A DNA stretch of 64,000 nt from Acidobacteriota bacterium (GCA_040005235.1 JBDTZG010000012.1:32001-96000); one strand, 5' to 3'. Positions 1 to 10,267 are shown, numbered from the stretch's first letter. The notes: a model not told the origin generated them from the letters alone. Program-made: numbers and translations.

Positions 1-756
1 GACGACCGGGTGGTGGCGGAGAGCGGCGATCTGGCGATCCTGTTCGAGGATTCCGAGCTGCTCGTGCTCGACAAACCGGCGGGGCTCGCGGTCCATCCGG
101 GGGCCGGACGGGCGACCGGAACGCTCGCCCACTTTCTGCTCGGCCACGATGCTTCGATCGCCGGAGTCGGCGGACCCGGGCGACCGGGAATCGTCCACCG
201 GCTCGATCTCGGCACCAGCGGCGCAATGGTCATCGCCAAGACCCCCGAAGCGTACCGGGCGCTCTCCGAGGCTTTCGCCGGCCGGGCGATCGACAAGCGC
301 TACCTGGCGATCGTCCACGGCGAGCCGAAAATCGCGGCTGGAACGATCGACGCCCCGATCGGTCGACATCCGGCGAACCGGCAGGAGATGGCGGTCGTCC
401 CGCGCGGCCGGCAAGCCCGCACCGACTACCGGACGTTGGCCACGGCAGGGGGATTGGCGCTGCTCGCCTTCCATCTCCACACCGGACGGACGCACCAGAT
501 CCGCGTCCACGCCAAGCACCTGGGTCATCCGCTGGTGGGAGATCCGGTCTACGGCGAAGCGCGGTGGAAGACGTTGGAGAAGACGCGCCAGGCGGTGGTG
601 CGGGATTTCGCTCGGCCCGCGCTGCACGCCTGGCGGCTGGCATTCGACCACCCGAAAACCGGCGCGCTGCTTGTCTTCGAGGCGCCGGTACCGGAAGATC
701 TGCGCGCCCTTTGGCAGGCCGCCACGGGAATCTCTTGGCCCAAACTTCCTAGTTGA
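1..756 (+). CDS. rluD: RluA/RluD-family pseudouridine synthase, 5' truncated by the window
   Basis: Motifs DKPAGL.VHPG, RPGIVHRLD (catalytic Asp), TGRTHQIRVH and GDPVYG; the frame is open from position 1. Confidence 0.88.
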   Translation, partial: DDRVVAESGDLAILFEDSELLVLDKPAGLAVHPGAGRATGTLAHFLLGHDASIAGVGGPGRPGIVHRLDLGTSGAMVIAKTPEAYRALSEAFAGRAIDKRYLAIVHGEPKIAAGTIDAPIGRHPANRQEMAVVPRGRQARTDYRTLATAGGLALLAFHLHTGRTHQIRVHAKHLGHPLVGDPVYGEARWKTLEKTRQAVVRDFARPALHAWRLAFDHPKTGALLVFEAPVPEDLRALWQAATGISWPKLPS

Positions 757-1741
757 ACGTGATCTGACCGTTCTTCATCGTGAACGGCGACAGGTCGTCC
801 GGTCCGTTCGCGAGGTAGGTGAGGTTCGGGTCGATCCGCACCGCAACTTTTCGGCCGTGGGGTACCGACGCCTTGGTCGGGAGGGTGATTTCGATGAACT
901 TTCCCGCGACCGTGTTGAGCGAAGCGTCCGGGCTTGCGAACGTGACGATCAGCAGGCCGGGGGTCGAGCGATCGACGGTGAACGTCGAATGGCCGAAGCG
1001 CGCATCCATCCGCACCGAGGGTTTCGCCGCCTGGATCGCCGGATCCCAACGCAGGCCGACCTGGCCTTTGGTGAACGGCCGGGCCTCGATCGTCGAGACG
1101 CCGAGAGCCGCCGACCGGCCCGGGGCCAGTCGAGCCCCCGGCGCCCGCAGCTCGATCGACTCGCCTCGCGCCTCGATCCGCAGTTGGCCCGGCTTGACCA
1201 GGATCGAGATCGGCTGGCCGGCCTCGTCGACCAGGAACGTGTCGGCCGGATCGAGGTCGAGGGTAAAGGTGTCGCCCGGCTGCAGGTCCGCTGCGAGCCG
1301 CAGGTAGAGCACCGCGACGGGGCCGTCCAAGCGGTTGATCATCGCAGCGGGCGAAGCGAACGTGAGCATCGTTTCCAAAGGCTGAAGCGCGGCGCGATAG
1401 GTGACCGCGCCGCGCGGACCGAACACCAGGGCGCCGATCAGCGCCGCGAACGGCTGGTCCCCGGCGTTGCCGGTGAGGCCGCCCGCCGCCAGTGGGCTTT
1501 GCAAAATGCGCTGCGGACCGCGCCGGGGGCGGAAACAGACCTGGCCCTGCTTGATCGGACGGGCGGCGTAGGTGCGCACGACCACCGCGACGATTCCCCC
1601 GGGCTGCCCCACGGCATCGCTGACGCGCAGGGCGAGCTGGGTCTCTCCCCCGCCGCGGGCGAACGCCGGAGCGGCGAGGCTCGCCAAGCCGAGGGCGAGA
1701 CCTAAGTAGAGGAGACGAAATGATTTGCGCGCGGTAGGCAT
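749..1741 (-). CDS. Secreted protein with two tandem cohesin-like beta-sandwich repeats
   Basis: Signal peptide after ATG 1741; internal repeat (RPIKQGQVCF / RPFTKGQVGL). Confidence 0.6.
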   Translation of the reverse strand: MPTARKSFRLLYLGLALGLASLAAPAFARGGGETQLALRVSDAVGQPGGIVAVVVRTYAARPIKQGQVCFRPRRGPQRILQSPLAAGGLTGNAGDQPFAALIGALVFGPRGAVTYRAALQPLETMLTFASPAAMINRLDGPVAVLYLRLAADLQPGDTFTLDLDPADTFLVDEAGQPISILVKPGQLRIEARGESIELRAPGARLAPGRSAALGVSTIEARPFTKGQVGLRWDPAIQAAKPSVRMDARFGHSTFTVDRSTPGLLIVTFASPDASLNTVAGKFIEITLPTKASVPHGRKVAVRIDPNLTYLANGPDDLSPFTMKNGQITFN

Positions 1742-1834
1742 GACCCGATCCTCCGGGAGAAACGGCTGGAGCGCCAAAGGTAACGCTCTCCGGATTACAG
1801 GAATATGACAGGCGAGAAGTGCCGCGGGAACAAC

Positions 1835-2809
1835 CTAAACGGTGGCCACTGCGAGATCCGCAGGCTCTTCTTTGGGCTTCGCGGGTTCCGGGGCCAGGTA
1901 CTCGTCGATCATCGCGGCCAGACCCGACGCTCCCGACCGGGCGACCGCCTGCTCGACCAGAGTCCCAGCGAGCCCTTCGAGCTCGGCGATCACCCCGAGG
2001 TGCCCTTCGCGGCAGAGCGAGGCGAGGTCGTAGCGCGTCGCATCCGCCCAGCGCGAGGCGCGAAACAGCGCCTGGCCCGGTTCCGCCGGACGGCCGAGCC
2101 GGAGCCAGATCTCGGCGGCGACCCCCAGCAGGCCGGCAATCCGGCGGTTGTCGCGCAGCTGGATCGGCGGGCGCGGCAGCGGCCGGGGGAGAAACGGGGT
2201 GAAGCCGAAGCGTGCCAAGGCGCGGGAGAAATCGCGTTCGACCGGCGGCTCGCGGTGAAACAGCGCCTCGAACGCATCGTCGCGCGCCAGCCGCCGCCGT
2301 TCTACGGGAGTGAGCTGGGGGGCCACGCCGTGGACCCAGGCGGCCTCCGCCTCGCTCATCCGCTCGCCGACGATCGCCCAGATCTCCGGGTCGTCGGTGA
2401 GCCCGGCGAGCAGCGGAAACGCCACCCCCGCCCCTTCCGGCAGCCGATCGAGCAGCGACAGATCGCCCGCAAGCACGGCGGGCAGGGCATCGACCACCAG
2501 GGTCGCCCCCGGCGCCTCGGCCCGTTCGCCGGGCAAGAGGTGCAAAAGCACCGGAGTGCCGCGCGCCAGATGATCGCGGGCGAGAGCGTCGCGCGCCGTA
2601 GCGAGGAGCGGCGGCACCGGCGGCAGGTAGGCGACATCGTCGAGCGGTTGGCCGAGGAGAGGCGAAAAATCGACCCCCTCGCCCGAATCGCCCAGGCGCC
2701 CGCGAGAAAGGTCGAGCCAGGGTTCGTTCGCCCCCGGCCAGTCGCGAGGCGCGAAGCGCACCCAAAAGCGCGCCGGCTCGGGGCGGGTCGCCGCCCAGCG
2801 GAGGCTCAT
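1835..2809 (-). CDS. Hypothetical protein with a C-terminal PolX-type helix-hairpin-helix (HHH_8-like) region
   Basis: ATGA overlap with the ribE stop; C-terminus NRRIAGLLGVAAE...LFRASRW...DLASLCREGHL resembles the PolX N-terminal 8-kDa domain. Confidence 0.6.
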   Translation of the reverse strand: MSLRWAATRPEPARFWVRFAPRDWPGANEPWLDLSRGRLGDSGEGVDFSPLLGQPLDDVAYLPPVPPLLATARDALARDHLARGTPVLLHLLPGERAEAPGATLVVDALPAVLAGDLSLLDRLPEGAGVAFPLLAGLTDDPEIWAIVGERMSEAEAAWVHGVAPQLTPVERRRLARDDAFEALFHREPPVERDFSRALARFGFTPFLPRPLPRPPIQLRDNRRIAGLLGVAAEIWLRLGRPAEPGQALFRASRWADATRYDLASLCREGHLGVIAELEGLAGTLVEQAVARSGASGLAAMIDEYLAPEPAKPKEEPADLAVATV

Positions 2810-3489
2810 GCCCAGGCTCCCAGGGGTAAAACCGGCGCAACGGGAAGGTCCGGTCCAGCCCGCTCGGATCGGGCGGCCAGTGCGCGTTCGACGTATTTCG
2901 CCAGCACGTCGACCTCCAGGTGCACCCGATCGCCCGGCACCCGATCTTTGAGCGTCGTGACCGCGAGGGTATGCGGCACCAGCGCCACCTCGAATCGATC
3001 CCCGGCGAGCGCGGAGACCGTTAGGCTTACGCCGTCGACCGTAATCGAGCCTTTTTCGACCAGGTACCGCTCCAGAGCCTCGGGCAGCGAGAAAGCGAGA
3101 ATCCGAAACCCACCCTGCTCGCGCCGATCGATGACGGTCGCGGTCCCGTCGACGTGGCCCTGTACCCAATGGCCGCCCAGCGGATCGCCCACCCGCAAAG
3201 CCGGCTCCAGATTGACCTCCGCTCCGGAGCGAAGATCGCCCAGGGCGGTGCGCGCAAGCGTTTCGGGCGACAGCTCGAAGGCGGCGCGGAACATCGCGGG
3301 AGAGATCGGGGCGAGCGCCATGACGGTCAAACAGACGCCGGAGACCGCGACGCTCGCGCCGAGCGGCGGCGAGGGCAGGCGCGCGACGAGATCAGACGAA
3401 AGATCAACCGCCAAGCGGCGACCGTCGCCCGGCGTCGGCCGAGGATCGCCCGCGACGCGACCGGTTTCGAGGATCAGGCCGCTGAACAT
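2806..3489 (-). CDS. ribE: Riboflavin synthase (alpha chain)
   Basis: N-terminal MFSGLI; GASVAVSGVCLTV, VNLEPAL, GGHWVQGHVDG, KGSITVDGVSLTV. Confidence 0.95.
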   Translation of the reverse strand: MFSGLILETGRVAGDPRPTPGDGRRLAVDLSSDLVARLPSPPLGASVAVSGVCLTVMALAPISPAMFRAAFELSPETLARTALGDLRSGAEVNLEPALRVGDPLGGHWVQGHVDGTATVIDRREQGGFRILAFSLPEALERYLVEKGSITVDGVSLTVSALAGDRFEVALVPHTLAVTTLKDRVPGDRVHLEVDVLAKYVERALAARSERAGPDLPVAPVLPLGAWA

Positions 3490-3586
3490 CAGGCGGGGGC
3501 CTTCCCATCGAGATTGGCGCGCTTTGTAAGGTCTGCGATCTTCACAATCCCGATGGTACCAGAGGGTACCGCAACCGAAACGTTTT

Positions 3587-4732
3587 TCAGACCGCGCGCA
3601 GCAGCTCGTTCAAACATCCGGCGCGCAGGCCGGAAAGGATCACGTCCTCGCCCCGGCGTTTCCCTTCGATCCGCTCCAGCCGTGGCGCCTCGGCCAACCG
3701 GGCAAAACCCAGGCCCCCGAGGGGGCTCGGAGCCGAGGCTCCGCCGAGCAGCAGCGGCGCCGCGTCGACCTGCACGGCATCGTAGGTTCCGGCGGCGACG
3801 AAGCTCGCATGGACCTCGCCGCCCCCTTCGACCAGGACGCTTCGGACCCCGCGCTCGAACAGCGCTGCCAGCACCGCCACGGGCTCGACTTCGGCCAAGC
3901 GGACCACTTCGGCGCCGGCCGCGGCGAGCGCCGCGGATTTCTCCAAATCCCCGGATTCGGTGAAGATCGCCACCGGTCCCGGCACTTTGAGTATCTGCGC
4001 CGAGGGAGGCGTCCGCAGGCGCCGGTCGAGTACCACGCGGAGGATCGGCCCTTTCGCGCGCCCGAGCCGCCGGTCGAGCCGCGGGTCGTCGGCGAGCACG
4101 GTGCCCACCCCGATAAGGATCGCGTCGTGCTCCTCGCGCAGCAGGAGGGATGCCTTGCGCGCCTCGGGCGACGAGATCCACCGGCTCTCCCCCGCGACGG
4201 TCGCAATCTTGCCGTCGAGGCTCATCGCCCATTTGAGCGTCACGGAAGGCCGGCCGAGCACCTGGGAGACGAAAAACGGCAGGTTGATCCGCACGGCGTC
4301 CTCGGCGAGAGCACCGGCTTCGACTTCGATTCCCGCCTCCCGCAGCCGGGCGAAGCCCTGACCCGCCACTTTAAGGTTCGGATCGCCGACGCAGACGATC
4401 ACCCGGGAGATGCCCGCCGCGATCACCGCGTCGGCGCACGGAGGGGTGCGGCCGAAGTGGGAGCACGGTTCGAGCGTGACGTAGAGGGTGCCCCCCCGCG
4501 CGGCGCCCGGCGAAGCGGCGGCCGCGGCGCGCAACGCCTCCACCTCGGCGTGCGGGCCGCCGACCTCGCGGTGCCACCCTTCCCCCAGGACTTGGCCGTC
4601 GCGCACCAGGACGGCGCCGACTCTAGGGTTCGGCGCCGTGCGGTAGCGCCCGAGCCCCGCCAGGCGCAACGCGCGCCGCAAATGCCGCAGGTCGAGGGAG
4701 CCGATCGAGCCACTGGGATTGTCGGGGGGCAA
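3587..4732 (-). CDS. ribD: Bifunctional deaminase/reductase RibD
   Basis: PNPRVGAV, HAEV, TLEPCSHFGRTPPC, SLDGKIA, VLVEGG. Confidence 0.95.
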   Translation of the reverse strand: MPPDNPSGSIGSLDLRHLRRALRLAGLGRYRTAPNPRVGAVLVRDGQVLGEGWHREVGGPHAEVEALRAAAAASPGAARGGTLYVTLEPCSHFGRTPPCADAVIAAGISRVIVCVGDPNLKVAGQGFARLREAGIEVEAGALAEDAVRINLPFFVSQVLGRPSVTLKWAMSLDGKIATVAGESRWISSPEARKASLLLREEHDAILIGVGTVLADDPRLDRRLGRAKGPILRVVLDRRLRTPPSAQILKVPGPVAIFTESGDLEKSAALAAAGAEVVRLAEVEPVAVLAALFERGVRSVLVEGGGEVHASFVAAGTYDAVQVDAAPLLLGGASAPSPLGGLGFARLAEAPRLERIEGKRRGEDVILSGLRAGCLNELLRAV

Positions 4733-4742
4733 AGAGCGACCC

Positions 4743-5720
4743 TCAGCCGAGCAGAGCGTTGGCGAACGCGCGCGGCTCGAAGTCGATCAGGTCGTCCGCC
4801 TTTTCGCCCACCCCGAGGAACAGCACCGGAAGCTTGAGCTCGCGCGCGATCGCGACCGCCATTCCCCCCTTGGCCGTGCCGTCGAGCTTCGCGAGCAGGA
4901 CGCCGTCGACCGGCACGACCTGGGCGAACGTCCGCGCCTGGACCAGCGCGTTCTGGCCGGTCGTGGCGTCGAGCACTAGGATCGTCTCGCGCGGCCAGCC
5001 GGCGGCCTCGCGGTCGATGATCCGGTTGATCTTGGACAGCTCGGCCATCAGGTGATCCTTGGTGTGCAACCGACCGGCGGTGTCGACGATCAGCCGGGTC
5101 ACCCCCCGGGCGCGCGCCGCCTGGATTGCGTCGTAGACCACGGCGGCCGGATCGGCGCCGGTCGCCTGGCGGATCACGTCCACCCCCAGCCGCTCGCCCC
5201 AGAGCGCCAGCTGCTCTATCGCCGCAGCCCGGAACGTATCGGCCGCCGCGAGCAGAACACGCTCCCCCTGGTCCTTCGAGCGCCGCGCGAGCTTGGCGAT
5301 CGAGGTGGTCTTGCCGACGCCGTTCACCCCCACCACCAGAGTCACCCGCGGCCCGTCGCCGATCGGTTTCTTCTTCGGTGCCTGTTCGAGCAGCCGGGCG
5401 ACCTCTTCGGCCAGCCGGGAACGGAGAGCCTGCGGGTCGGTCGTGTCGGTGGTCTTGCGGAGCATCTCGACCAGCTCCAGCGAGGTTTCGACCCCGAGGT
5501 CGGCGGAAATCAGCGCCTCTTCGAGGTAATCGAGCGTCGTGGCGTCGAGCACCGCGCGGCCGGCGACGGCGGCGCCCACCCGTTCGATGATCTCGGTGTG
5601 GGTCATCAACAGCCCGCGCTTCAGCTTGGTCCAGAATCCCGCCCTCTTCGCGGCGTCGGGATCGGGAACCTGGGCTTCGGGCGCGAGCGCAAGGTCGATC
5701 GGAGGTTTCGTTTCCATCAT
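4743..5720 (-). CDS. ftsY: SRP receptor FtsY
   Basis: [39 protein letters not shown]; start placed at ATG 5720 (or 5717). Confidence 0.95.
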   Translation of the reverse strand: MMETKPPIDLALAPEAQVPDPDAAKRAGFWTKLKRGLLMTHTEIIERVGAAVAGRAVLDATTLDYLEEALISADLGVETSLELVEMLRKTTDTTDPQALRSRLAEEVARLLEQAPKKKPIGDGPRVTLVVGVNGVGKTTSIAKLARRSKDQGERVLLAAADTFRAAAIEQLALWGERLGVDVIRQATGADPAAVVYDAIQAARARGVTRLIVDTAGRLHTKDHLMAELSKINRIIDREAAGWPRETILVLDATTGQNALVQARTFAQVVPVDGVLLAKLDGTAKGGMAVAIARELKLPVLFLGVGEKADDLIDFEPRAFANALLG

Positions 5721-5787
5721 CCGCGGGATGATATCCCGCTCTGCTATCGTCCATCTCCGCCCCAACCCTACCGAGGAGAAGCTCGCC

Positions 5788-6846
5788 ATGTCCCTTACCC
5801 GCTTCGCGCCGCTCCTGCTCCTGGTGCTCGCCCCCGCCGCGGGCCGGCCGGAAGCGCCTACCGCCGCCGCGCCGGCTCCTCCGCCGCCGGCGGCCCTCCG
5901 AACGCTTGAGGCAACCCCGATCGCCCTTCCGGGCGGGACGGCCGGCATCGGCTTCGACGATCTCCAATTCGCCCCGGGCCTCGGCAAGCTCCTCGCTCCG
6001 GCGGGTGGAACCGGCAACCTGGCATTGATCGACCCTGCGACCCACGCCATCACAACCATCGGCGGGTTCCAGCCCGCGACAGGCTCTTCCGGTGGCCACG
6101 ACGCAGGGACTACCTCGGCCGAAGAGGGCCGGGGCTACCTGTTCGCCATCGACCGCGGCGCCAAGCGGCTCGACGTGATCGACCCCGCGGCCGGCAAGAT
6201 CGTCGCCGGAGCCGACCTCGCGGGGAGCCCCGACTACGTCCGCTACGTCGCCGCGACGAACGAGGTCTGGGTGACCGAGCCCGACGGCGAGCGGATCGAA
6301 GTCTTTGCCCTCTCGAAGTCAAAGCCGCCGATCCCGGAGCACGTGGCCTTCGTCGCCGTCCCCGGCGGCCCGGAAGCCCTACAGATCGACCCCGCCCGCG
6401 GACGGGGCTACAGCAACCTGTGGAAGGAAAAAACCGTCGCGATCGATTTGGTGAAGCGCGCCGTCGTCGCTACCTGGGACAACGGCTGCACGGGAGCCCG
6501 GGGCCTGGCGTTCGACACCCGGCGCGGGTTCCTCTTCGTCGGCTGCGCCGAAGGAGGCGCGAGCGTCCTCGACCTCAACCACGACGCCAAGCGCCTCGAT
6601 CACGCGGAATCCGGAGCCGGAGTCGACATCATCGCCTTCGACGCCGGCCTCTCGCACCTCTACGTCCCCGGCGGAAAAGCCGCGACGATGACCGTTTTCT
6701 CGGTCGGCGATGACGGCCGCCTCACCCCCGTCGCGACCGCCAAGACGGCCGCCAAAGCGCATTGCGTCGCGGTCGACGACCGGCACCAGGCGTATGTCTG
6801 CGACCCGACGGGGGGCCGGTTGTTGATGTACCGGGATGGTGGGTAG
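5788..6846 (+). CDS. Secreted YncE-like beta-propeller protein
   Basis: GAGGAG RBS, signal peptide, repeated propeller blades (..IDP.., GLAFD, IAFDA). Confidence 0.75.
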   Translation: MSLTRFAPLLLLVLAPAAGRPEAPTAAAPAPPPPAALRTLEATPIALPGGTAGIGFDDLQFAPGLGKLLAPAGGTGNLALIDPATHAITTIGGFQPATGSSGGHDAGTTSAEEGRGYLFAIDRGAKRLDVIDPAAGKIVAGADLAGSPDYVRYVAATNEVWVTEPDGERIEVFALSKSKPPIPEHVAFVAVPGGPEALQIDPARGRGYSNLWKEKTVAIDLVKRAVVATWDNGCTGARGLAFDTRRGFLFVGCAEGGASVLDLNHDAKRLDHAESGAGVDIIAFDAGLSHLYVPGGKAATMTVFSVGDDGRLTPVATAKTAAKAHCVAVDDRHQAYVCDPTGGRLLMYRDGG

Positions 6847-6905
6847 ACCCGATGATCTAGAACGGTCCGCCCTTTGCCGCCCCTTCCAGGGCGATTAGCC
6901 GCTCC

Positions 6906-9866
6906 ATGCATTACCTCGACTTCACGCTCGATTTCGTTCCCGATGGCAAGGGCGGCGCCTCCGTGAAAGTCGCGGATTCGCCGGCCGGGCAAGGAAGTCT
7001 CGAACCCTTCGACCCTCCACCGGTCGAGGAAGATCTCGCCGTCGTGACCCGGGCGGCAGCTGCGCGTCTCGATGCCGAACGGTCGGGGGTCGCGAGATCC
7101 GATCTCGGCGGCCTCGAAGAGCTGTCTGCGGCAGCTCTTCGCTCCCTCGGAGCACAGCTTTTCGAACGCCTCTTTCGTGGCTCCGTGCGCCGGCTCTTCG
7201 ACCTCAGTCTCGGTCGCCTACGCCCGGACGATGGACTACGGATCAAGATCCAGCTCGACCTGCACGAGCAAGCGCTCGCTCCTCTACACACGCTGCCGTG
7301 GGAATTGCTCTTTGAAGGACAGAGCAACCACCGTTTGGGTCTCGACCAACGGTTCTCGATCGTCCGCTTCGTTCCTCAGCGGCGGATGCTCGATCGACGA
7401 GAGCTGCCTCGCCCTCTGCGCATTCTGCTGGCCGGCGCCGAGCCTCGTTCCGCGAGGATTCTTTCCCTCGACGACGAAATCGAACGGGTCCGTAAAGCGG
7501 TAGAGCAACCGGGCAAGATCGAGGTCGAGCCGCTGATCCATACGACGCCCGAGTCGCTGCGCCGGGCGCTCACGGACGGAAAGGAGTTTCACGTCCTCCA
7601 CTTCATGGGCCACGGCGATTTCGATTCCGATTCCGGCGAGGGCGAGATTCATTTGGAAGATGGCAGGCGCGGTACCTCGAAAGTGCCTGGCCGCACGCTC
7701 GCCGACCAGTTGCGCGATCGGACCTCCCTCCGGTTGGTTTTCCTGAACGCCTGCCGTACCGCCCGATCCGCCGCGCCCAATCCTTTCAGCGGAGTGGCCG
7801 CCGCCTTGGTCCAAGCGGGGGTGCCGGCGGTGATCGCGATGCAGTTTCCGATCACCGACAGCGCAGCGATCGTTTTCAGCGAAACGGTGTACCGACGCCT
7901 CGCGGCCGGCGAGCCGATCGATGCCGCGGTGACCGAAGGGCGACACGCGATGGCCGCACGGTTCCCGCGGCAGCTCTCTTGGGGCACGCCGGTCCTGTTT
8001 CTTCACGTGTCGGATGGGCGCCTGTTCGTCCCGGTGCTGAGACCTCCCGATCCTAAGCGTGCTCCTTCCTCGCCTGCTCCTCTGCGTCCCCTCCATCAGC
8101 TCCCCGCTCCACCCGCCGACTTCGTTGGCCGCGAGGCGGAGCTCGCAGAATTGCGTGGCGCGATGTCGAAAGGCGCCCCGATCTGTTCTGTTCAAGGGAT
8201 GGGGGGAGTAGGCAAGACCGCCTTGGCGCTCAAGGTGGCGCACGAGTTTCGCGATGACTTTCCGGACGGTCAGATCTACCTCGACCTTCAAGGCATGAGC
8301 GCCAGGCCCCTCACCCCGGCCGAGGGGGCGGCGCATGTGATCCGCTCGTTCCATCCGGAAGCGCCTCTCCCCGCGGACTCTCGGCTCGCCGCCCTTTATC
8401 GCGAAGTGCTCCACGATAAACGTGTTCTTCTCTTGATGGACAACGCGGCAGATCGAGGACAGGTCGAGCCTTTACTTCCGCCCGACACGTGCGCTCTTCT
8501 CGTCACCTCGCGCCAACGCTTTTCTCTTCCTGGACTGTTTCGCCGGGATCTGGATCAGCTTCCGCCGGACGATGCCTGCGCGCTCCTCCGGAAGATTTCT
8601 CCCCGGATTGGCGACCAGGCCGCCAGCATCGCGCGCAATTGCGGCTACCTGCCGTTTGCCCTCCGCGTCGCGGCGAGCACCCTCGCCGAGCGCACGGACC
8701 TCTCCGTCGCCGACTATGTTCAGCGACTGGAGAAAGAAGGACAAAGGGCCAAGCTCGGGGAAGCCGCGCTTGGCCTTAGCTACAAGCTGCTTCCCGAGAT
8801 CCTACAAACGCGCTTCCGTGCTCTCGCCGTCTTCCCGGCGACCTTCGATGCGGCGGCGGTCGCCGCCGTCTGGAGTCTGCAAGGGAACGACGACGAAACG
8901 GACGAATCTCTCGGCGAACTGGTGCGCCGCAGCCTTCTCGCCGGAGAAGATAGGCGCTACCGGTTGCATGACCTGGCGCACGCGTTTCTCCGAGCGAATC
9001 TCCCCTCTGTTGAGGAGGAAGCGGCCAAGTCGTGGCACGCGAACCACTTTCTCGCAGTCCTCGCCGCCGCGAACGAGCGATACCTGGAGGGCAACGACGG
9101 CATTCTGATAGGGCTCTCGTCGTTCGACCGGGAACGGATCCACATCCTCGCGGGCCAAGCGTGGGCATCCGCTCGAACGGAAGTCTCCGAAGAAGCCGCC
9201 CGCGCCGCCGGTCGATTCCCTTCTGCCGGCGTTCATCTCTTGAAGTTGCGCCTTGCCCCGCAAGAGCAGATCGCCTGGGTGGAAAAAGGCCTCGCCGCGG
9301 CTCGGCGGCTCGGCGATCGGTCGCTCGAAGGAGGGCACCTGGGAGGCCTGGGGATCGCTCATGCCGCCTTGGGCGAAACCCAACGAGCGATCGAATGCTT
9401 CGAGCAGTATCTGGCGATCTCTCGCGAGACCGGCGATCGGCGGGGCGAGGGGAACGCCCTCGGAAATCTGGGCAACACCTACGCCGACCTCGGCGAGACC
9501 CGACGTGCCATCGAGCTATACGCCCAAGATCTCGCCATCCGACGCGAGCTGGGCGACCGCCGCGGCGAAGGCAATGCCCTCGGTAATCTTGGTACCGCCC
9601 ACGCCGACCTCGGAGAGACCCGAAAGGCGATTGAGCTCTACGAGCAGCGCCTCGAAATCGCCCGCGAAATCGGCGATCGAAGAGGAGGCGCGAACGCCTC
9701 GTGGAATCTAGGCGCCGCCTACGAGAAACTCGGAGAGATCGCCCGGGCGATCGACTTCCTGCAGGCCTGTGTCGATTTCGAGCGGGAAGTCGGCCACCCG
9801 GATGCCGAGCAGGACGCGGCGCATGTCGAGGAGCTTCGGGCGCTGGCGGAAGAGAACAAGGCTTAG
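6906..9866 (+). CDS. CHAT (caspase-like) protease + NB-ARC STAND NTPase + TPR protein
   Basis: HFMGHG and FLNAC catalytic dyad; Walker A GMGGVGKT, Walker B LLLMDNA, GYLPFAL, YRLHDL; 40-aa TPRs (GDRRGEGNALGNLG). Confidence 0.9.
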   Translation: MHYLDFTLDFVPDGKGGASVKVADSPAGQGSLEPFDPPPVEEDLAVVTRAAAARLDAERSGVARSDLGGLEELSAAALRSLGAQLFERLFRGSVRRLFDLSLGRLRPDDGLRIKIQLDLHEQALAPLHTLPWELLFEGQSNHRLGLDQRFSIVRFVPQRRMLDRRELPRPLRILLAGAEPRSARILSLDDEIERVRKAVEQPGKIEVEPLIHTTPESLRRALTDGKEFHVLHFMGHGDFDSDSGEGEIHLEDGRRGTSKVPGRTLADQLRDRTSLRLVFLNACRTARSAAPNPFSGVAAALVQAGVPAVIAMQFPITDSAAIVFSETVYRRLAAGEPIDAAVTEGRHAMAARFPRQLSWGTPVLFLHVSDGRLFVPVLRPPDPKRAPSSPAPLRPLHQLPAPPADFVGREAELAELRGAMSKGAPICSVQGMGGVGKTALALKVAHEFRDDFPDGQIYLDLQGMSARPLTPAEGAAHVIRSFHPEAPLPADSRLAALYREVLHDKRVLLLMDNAADRGQVEPLLPPDTCALLVTSRQRFSLPGLFRRDLDQLPPDDACALLRKISPRIGDQAASIARNCGYLPFALRVAASTLAERTDLSVADYVQRLEKEGQRAKLGEAALGLSYKLLPEILQTRFRALAVFPATFDAAAVAAVWSLQGNDDETDESLGELVRRSLLAGEDRRYRLHDLAHAFLRANLPSVEEEAAKSWHANHFLAVLAAANERYLEGNDGILIGLSSFDRERIHILAGQAWASARTEVSEEAARAAGRFPSAGVHLLKLRLAPQEQIAWVEKGLAAARRLGDRSLEGGHLGGLGIAHAALGETQRAIECFEQYLAISRETGDRRGEGNALGNLGNTYADLGETRRAIELYAQDLAIRRELGDRRGEGNALGNLGTAHADLGETRKAIELYEQRLEIAREIGDRRGGANASWNLGAAYEKLGEIARAIDFLQACVDFEREVGHPDAEQDAAHVEELRALAEENKA

Positions 9867-9937
9867 TTCCGTCCTAGCCGTAGCATGATAGCCGTGCAGT
9901 CGTACTAGCGTGTCACTGAATACCGAGCGAGGCATTT

Positions 9938-10267
9938 ATGATTCGAGTCCCTACCCACCGCGAACCCACCCATCCGGGAGAGATGCTGCTGGAGGAGTTC
10001 CTCAAACCCATGTCCTTGTCGCAACGCGACTTGGCCGATGGAATTCACGTACCCTATCAGCGCGTCAACGAGCTGGTGAACAAGAGGCGGGGGGTGACGC
10101 CGAGCACGGCACTTCGCCTTTCTAAGTTCTTCGGCACGTCGGCAGACTTCTGGATGAACCTGCAGCTGCGCTGGGATCTCTATCGAGCAAACCTCGACGA
10201 GGCCGTGGAGTTGAAGTTGATCCAGAGAATCAAGCCGAGCGGCGAAGCGGTAACCGCGAGCCGTTAG
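9938..10267 (+). CDS. higA: HigA-family antitoxin (HTH), no adjacent toxin
   Basis: PTHPGEMLLEEFL...ALRLSKFFGTSADFWMNLQ. Confidence 0.9.
   Translation: MIRVPTHREPTHPGEMLLEEFLKPMSLSQRDLADGIHVPYQRVNELVNKRRGVTPSTALRLSKFFGTSADFWMNLQLRWDLYRANLDEAVELKLIQRIKPSGEAVTASR

Noticed and set aside
3489-3586. FMN riboswitch or leader peptide (VKIADLTKRANLDGKAPA) between ribD and ribE
   Set aside because: No RFN consensus is visible and the gap is short; the mini-ORF has no clear RBS or other support
149-3963. Long alternative-frame ORFs (e.g. 149-1705, 549-2840, 1805-3529) and many like them across the window
   Set aside because: Arg/Pro/Gly-rich shadow ORFs typical of high-GC DNA, overlapping well-supported genes
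9300-9780. ~120-nt repeats as a CRISPR array or DGR template
   Set aside because: These are in-frame TPR coding repeats; there is no RT or cas gene
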